Shown piece after piece: positions 57,874 to 64,000 of a stretch of DNA of 64,000 bases (positions are counted from its first letter, which is position 1; the number at the start of each line of letters is the position of its first letter). The DNA lies in the NCBI GenBank assembly GCA_043228905.1, contig JBHGNT010000008.1, forward strand, positions 2,170,001 to 2,234,000, read 5' to 3'. The translations under genes were made by a program, and so were the position numbers. This stretch comes from Azolla caroliniana. Lineage: Eukaryota > Plantae > Polypodiophyta. The notes under the pieces were generated by a model. The model had not been told where the DNA came from, did not search any database, and saw only the letters and a list, made by a program, of their open reading frames with translations.

Positions 57874-59231
57874 GACTCACCAATCACGAAGCTTATCTGT
57901 CTTTGGTGTTTTCTGAATCTCAGGATGGCAATAAAGAATATAATCATTCCCTTTTAAAGGAGGACATGCCCAAATGTAGCAGGTGCTGAAGCCTTGTCTT
58001 TTGCAGTAGTCCAAATAACCAATCTAAATAATTCAAAGTCATTTTTTGAGGGATGATAATAAATCAGAAACATATTCTCGTTTCTGACAATAATAATCTT
58101 TGTGAAAACAATGCTTGTTTTCACAAAGAAAACTTACACAGTTGTGGAAACTGATCAAAGGTGTATTCTCATTTGCAAGGAAGCCTATGGTAAATCAAAT
58201 AGTGGTGTTTTGAAGATCAACCTTCCCATCCCTAGCTTACCAGAATTTCATGGTACACGTAGGTCCGAAGAGCTTCCCCAGTAACTGCTTTCACATCCAC
58301 CTGAAATATTTCACAGAACCCAAATACGAGAGATATACATGCCGATGATTAGGTTGAGGACTCTCTGCACCAAACTCTTGTACATACATGCCAAAAAGGC
58401 AGACTTCTACACCTTCAATTTGCTGGGAAAGCATCAACATCTGTAATATTCACGTGAAACCCATCAGCACAAGCCTATAGCAACACTTTCTTTTATGGAG
58501 TATCCATACAAATATAGGCAACAAATGAGAGGCTACCATACATGCACAAATGATTGGTGCTTGTTACATAAAAGAGATCACAAAGAGACACAAACCTTGG
58601 ATCAATTCTAAAAACTTTGGTTTGACCTCTAACTTCTTGTCTACAGATAGTTGTAGAAATCTGCAATGAACGTAATGGGTTTACATAAATGGTTTTTGAC
58701 ATAAATATGATTGCCAACCTTTGCATCTCTATCATTTATCTCCTCCAGATTTTTCCCAAGAACCTTAGGATGTTCCATCCTTTCACAATCCAATTTCCAA
58801 GTTAATCTTTCTTCTACAAAATCACTTAGAATTGTTCTAGGAAGTCTTTGGCTTGCAGCACTGAGTTGGCAGGCAGTGGTACCCCCTCTCCTCTCTCCAT
58901 TTCTTCTATACAGCATTCTGGGAAATATACTCAGACCTTTCATTGTTGATACAGGCATTGAAGAGCACACATATTTGGTGTTGCCATTTCTTGCATTTAT
59001 CACACTCAACCCACTGAAACAAGAACACAGATGTTGAGACCTAATTGACGCATCATGAATGAAAGCATCTTGATTTCTCATATAACATAGGGTATAAAAT
59101 CATTTCTCATACCCCTTCCATGCAATGGTCATCATTCTTATTCTTTCCAAGTGAAGACTTTTGAATCTTCAAACCATCAGTTTCAAATACATCAAACCGA
59201 TTATAGCAAGGCCCATAGAAATTTATGCTAT

Positions 59232-61942
59232 TGTCAAAATTGCAAAATGAACATTCTCCTTTCATTTATTCTCAAGTGTAAACATATATGTTACAACAGG
59301 AGAGAGAAAACACAGAGATCACTTATCTAACATAAGGAGGAAGGCCAAGATATTGCCGTTGGGCTAACTAGCTGTTGGGGCTGGTTAGCCGATGGGCTAC
59401 AACTTTAATCATTCTCAACAATCCCCCTCAAGATGGGCGAAAGATATCCACTAAGCCCATCTTGTCACACAATCGAGAAAGACTTACGGGCCCAAGTCCC
59501 TTTGTAAGACAATCGCTACTTGATCTATAGTAGAAACATGACTCAATTTTAAGCTTCTCCTTGATAAAGAATCTGTCGATTTCGATGTGCTTGGTCCCAT
59601 CATGCTGCACCAGATTGTTGGCAATGCTGATTGCTGACTTATTGTCACACCACAGCCTCATCTGACTTTCTTGATTCATTCTTAGTTCTATTAAGAGAGT
59701 TCTCAGCCACAACATCTCCTCAACTCCTACAGCAATACCTCTATACTTTGCTTCTATTGTTGACCTTGCTACTACCAACTGTTTCTTACTCTTCCAAGAG
59801 ACCAGATTGCCCCCAACAAATATGCAGTATCCTGATGTGGATTTCCTATCATCAGCACAACTAGCCCAACAAACATGTAGTATCCTGATGTGGATTTCCT
59901 ATCATCAGCACAACTAGCCCAACCGAAATCACAAAAGCCTTCAATGTTGAAATGGCCATGTTTTCTAAAGTTCAATCCCTTCAACGGTGCACCTTTGAGA
60001 TATCTCAGAATCTAGTACACTACATCCATATGATTTTTCCTCGGATCATGCATGTAGCGACTTACCACACTTACTCCAAAAGCAATATTTGAACAAGTGT
60101 GAGTCAAATAAATCAGCCGACCTACCAATCTCTGATACCTTTCACGATCAACTTTCTCTCCTGCAAGTTCAATTATCTTGATCTTTGGGTCAATTGGAGA
60201 AGTTACAGGCCTACAACCCAACATTCCAGTTTTTGCAAGAAGATCTAATACATATTTTTGTTGAGATAGAACAACTCCTACCTCACGAGCTACCTCTATT
60301 CCAAGAAAATATCATAGCAAGCCTAGATTCTTCACCTCAAACTCTTTACCCAATTGGCACCTTCAGTTGGGAAATCTCTCCTTCATCGTCACTAGTGAGA
60401 ATTATATCATCCTCATACACAAGTAATGTAGTAAGCTCCTTGTGTCATCGGAAAAACACTATATGGTCTGCACTGATCTGCTGGTAGCCCATACCCACCA
60501 TAGCCCTTCTTAACATGTCGAACAAACCTCGAGAAAATTGCTTCAATCCATAAAGCGACTTCCAAGTTTGCAAACTTGCCTACTCAAGTGTGGGAGTTTC
60601 AATCTTGGCTAAAGAATTGTCCCTCTTTGATCGAATGATGGGTTGAGATGTTTCAATAATTGCACGATTCTCATCTGAGCGGAAACCAACCAGCTCTTAC
60701 GTTTAGGATCATTGCACATTATCACACGTGAGAAATGATCATAGCCAGCCCATACACGCTCTAATTCAATGGCATACTCTTGAATCGTCCTATCTTAATG
60801 CCAAACAACATCTATGTCTTGCTCAATTTGAAACATTCTCATGGTGTTTCCTCTCCAGGCATTATATTTTCTATCATTTTTCCCAAATATACTTTACATT
60901 TTAAATTCCAACAACAGTGATGGCAACTAGTGGAACCATGAAGTTAAGAAGACATGTGGGTAGCTCTCCATTCTTTCCACTCACTGCTCATTTTAACATA
61001 AGGTTCTTTCTCTTCTCCTATCAGATAGCCATCAAGACCTTTCCTTGCCAAGGCACCCATAATCCAACGCGACCAACTCAAGTACTTGGTCGGTCCATCA
61101 ACTTTGATGTCAACTAGAACAAGTTCAATTCTAGGTGGTGGTTGTCTTGCCATCAACAATTTGAATGCTCTCTAGCATTGTTAAGTGAGTATATGAGGAG
61201 ATTTCACTAGTATCACCCGTCATATGTCTACATGCACTAGAACCAATAATCCATTCTAGTGTAAAGGTAAGAGCATGTGTGTAACTAGTACTTTTGGCCG
61301 AATAAGCATAAGTGGCAACGTTAACCCTAGGCAAACGTTCTTTAAGTTACCCAAGGGTGACACTGCCACTTATGCTTATTCACCAACGGTACTAGTAACA
61401 CATATCCATTTGCCTTTATACCAGAATGGATAATTGATTCTGGTGCATCTAGACATGTGACGAGTAATGCTAGCGAGTTCTCCTCATATACTCACTTGGC
61501 AAGCCAAAGCATTCAAACTGATGGCTGGAACACAACCACCACCTAAACTTGAACTCCTTCTAGTTGACTTCAAACTCGATGGACCAGCCACGTACTTAAA
61601 TTGGTCAAGTCGGATTACAAGTGCCTTGGCATAGAGAGGTCTTGATGGCTATCTGTCTAGAGAAGAGAAAGAACCTCCTGTTAAAATGAGGAGTGAGTGA
61701 AAAGCATGGAGAGCTACCCACATGTCTTTGTATACTTGGCTTCTCAACTCCATGGTTCCATCTATTGCCACCATTGTTGATGAAATTCAAAATCTGAAGG
61801 ATATTTGGGAAAAATTAAAGAAAAATTTGAGTCTTTCAAATTGAGCAAGAGATAGATGTTGTTTGGCAAGGAGATAAGACGATTTAGGGAGTATGCTATA
61901 GGACTAGAGCGTTTATGCGCTGACTATGATTATTTCTCAACA
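59232..61942 (-). mobile_element. Deleted and rearranged Copia element inserted in a HAC exon (3' LTR ~59232-59420, PPT 59421-59432)
   Basis: RT/RNase H remnants (YQRLVGRLIYL, FCDFGWAS..DRKSTSGY, LWCDNKSAI, TKHIEIDRFFIKEK), plus gag and protease pieces at 60730-61940. HAC coding sequence resumes on both sides. Confidence 0.85.
60730..61940. repeat. Long diverged inverted repeat, two ~600-bp arms centred near 61340
   Basis: aataagcataagtggca / tgccacttatgcttatt near the centre; the same protease and gag peptides read outward on opposite strands. Confidence 0.85.
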
Positions 61943-63120
61943 ATCACTAGTGCCACAAGTGTTATAAACAACATTTCACTTGATACAACAACCGCATTAT
62001 GTACAAAATATAGGAATTGGATCAAATGTAAGACTCCCTCTACTCCCTTGCTTGATTCTTCTCCTGATGATGAAATCATAATACTTCAAGCAAAAGTTCT
62101 TGGTGAAAAATGGCCTGTCCATTTTCTCAAACTGCCAATGTGCTACCTAATTTGTTCTGGTGTCAAACTCTCAATGTGTGTGATGCCTGAAATCTTCTTT
62201 TTACTAGATTTCACAATTTCAGGTGTAGATTTGCTAGGTATAGTTAAATATTGACTCCCAGCAGTATTGTTTTTTGGATCCAGCTTTAACAGTTCTGTTT
62301 CCAGCTTATCTGCAACGTAATTCAGAGCATTGCACTGAGATAGAAAGTATGCCCACTTTGTTGAATTTCATTGCTTTAACAAGGAGGAAACAAGAGAGGC
62401 CATCTTCTTCCGTTGGTTATTTGAGATATAGGAAGCATTATGTCTACCTCAGTGTATTTCCACGGCTACAAATGTCCCTCCTTGCTTCAACAAGGTTGGT
62501 TTAAATCTAATCCTACTTAAAGAAGCAAAAACTAATTTCTCTTGAGTCAATATAGATAAGAATAACGTCTACTTCTGTGCATTTCAATAACTGTATCAAC
62601 ATCTCTCCTTCCTCACACGAGGTTAAATGAGTCTAATCCAGATTAATGAAGCAAAGAACTCAGCTTTCTTAAGTCGATTTAGGTAAGAATAATGTGCACT
62701 TGCTTAGGTATATCAATTTTTCCCCTTTCTTCCACATGGTCCTGATTAAGATACAGGTGAAGAACTGAAGAGTGAAGCAGTCTGGAGCTTTACTTAATGA
62801 TATATCTTCATCTTTCGGTTCATTCAATTGAGCTCCATCAGAGGTTATACGAATGACATGAGGTATTTTAGGGACATGAAGAAACCAGAGACAAGTTTTC
62901 GAGTCTTACCGGCAAAACGAGGCCTAGAACCTTCTGGAGGGAATCGAGGAAGGAGCGAGAACTGAAGTATTAGGGAGCAGCGAGAAGTACGGCGTGAGGG
63001 AAAGGAGCAATGGCGGGGATGGATTGCACCCGGGGGAAAGAGAGCAGCGGTTTCCTTAGAGCATGGAAGGGCGAAGAGGGTCTTCCCCTCCCATCCCATC
63101 TCTCAAATTGGTGCAGTTGC

Positions 63121-63232
63121 AGAGAGACAGAGACAGAGACAGAGAGGGCTCCATAGCTAGAAGAAGAAGAAGAAGAGCTTCTCTTCTTCTTCTTCTTCTT
63201 CTTCTTCTTCTTCTTCTTCTTTTTCTTCTTCT
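63121..63232. repeat. (AGAGAC)n, (AGA)n and (TCT)n microsatellites
   Basis: Direct reading of the sequence. Confidence 0.9.
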
Positions 63233-64000
63233 ACATGAAATGCTCTGTTTTTTTTTGTGTGTGTTTAGCAATATGTATGTAGTTAAGAAGTAGACCACAA
63301 AATGGACACCCAAGGCCATACATACATAGGCCAAATGGTATGTACTAGTTCCAAGACTTTCTTTTCTTTCTTTTTCTTTCTTTTTTCCAAAAATGTAAGA
63401 CTTTCTTGTGTCGATGGGCTCGTGGTCGCGTCGTGTAGTCGTATTGGACCCCGCATGTGTACATACATTGATCTTACGTGTACATTGATTGATCGATCGA
63501 TCCCCTTGCTTCTCTTCCAGAACGAGACACGAATCACAGTCGGGCGGCGCTCTCCTCTCCTCGTGAGCTCTGCAATCGTTTCCAACAAATTCTGGAGCTT
63601 ATGCTTCATTGCTTCCTTTTCGTTTTCGCGGCAGATGATGCCCTCACGTTCACACGCACCTCCCACATGTCGAAGTTTACGCTAATTGTGTTTAAGATGA
63701 TTTGCGGGTCATTGAATTGGCATCCTCAAAGAAACAAGTTAACATTTGATGTAGTAATAGGAGGAGGAGGTAGAGCCACGATGAAGACTTCCACGTTGGG
63801 TTTTTTGGGAGTCATGTGTTAACATTGTAAGTGAAATAATATGTCTTTCATTGTTGCATCTTATGATGGCAAACCATAACATTCACACAATTTGTGGGAT
63901 TGATATAAGTTTCCTAATCATAAGTTTTGGGTTTTCGCAATGCTTCTTTCACAATGAAGTCTAAATGTAAGCCTTATGCCACATCATAAAATTCCATATA

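Larger units (their letters stand above)
55961..62600 (-). pseudogene. HAC (CBP/p300-type) histone acetyltransferase pseudogene, intron-containing
   Basis: [106 protein letters not shown] and TAZ2 zinc fingers. Many stops and frameshifts plus a Copia insertion. The 5' limit is approximate. Confidence 0.9.

Noticed and set aside
62845-63822. Short ORFs near the right end that could be HAC 5' exons or another gene
   Set aside because: No recognisable domain; several are produced by microsatellites.

Overview
Eukaryotic nuclear DNA from a land plant (spliceosomal introns, plant gene families; the TE types suggest a non-seed plant, which is inference only). Four apparently intact intron-containing genes lie on the minus strand: glutamate-1-semialdehyde aminotransferase (GSA), an FHA+PIN protein (PS1-like), an IST1-like ESCRT regulator with a long disordered tail, and a UMP-CMP kinase. 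There is also an orphan terminal exon after a 100-N gap and a disabled HAC (CBP/p300) acetyltransferase pseudogene split by a rearranged Copia. TE content: a Copia nested in a related Copia nested in a LINE, a TA-flanked Tc1/mariner-type element, several LINE fragments and solo LTRs. Two features stand out. (1) A type I hammerhead ribozyme motif with a palindromic, dimer-type stem III (48621-48677) sits just downstream of the TATA box of a TG..CA solo LTR (48113-48817). (2) A ~4 kb tandem array is built from tRNA-Trp(CCA) genes (~175-bp unit), with intact copies in the middle and decayed copies at the edges. All calls were made by eye; no searches or folding programs were run.
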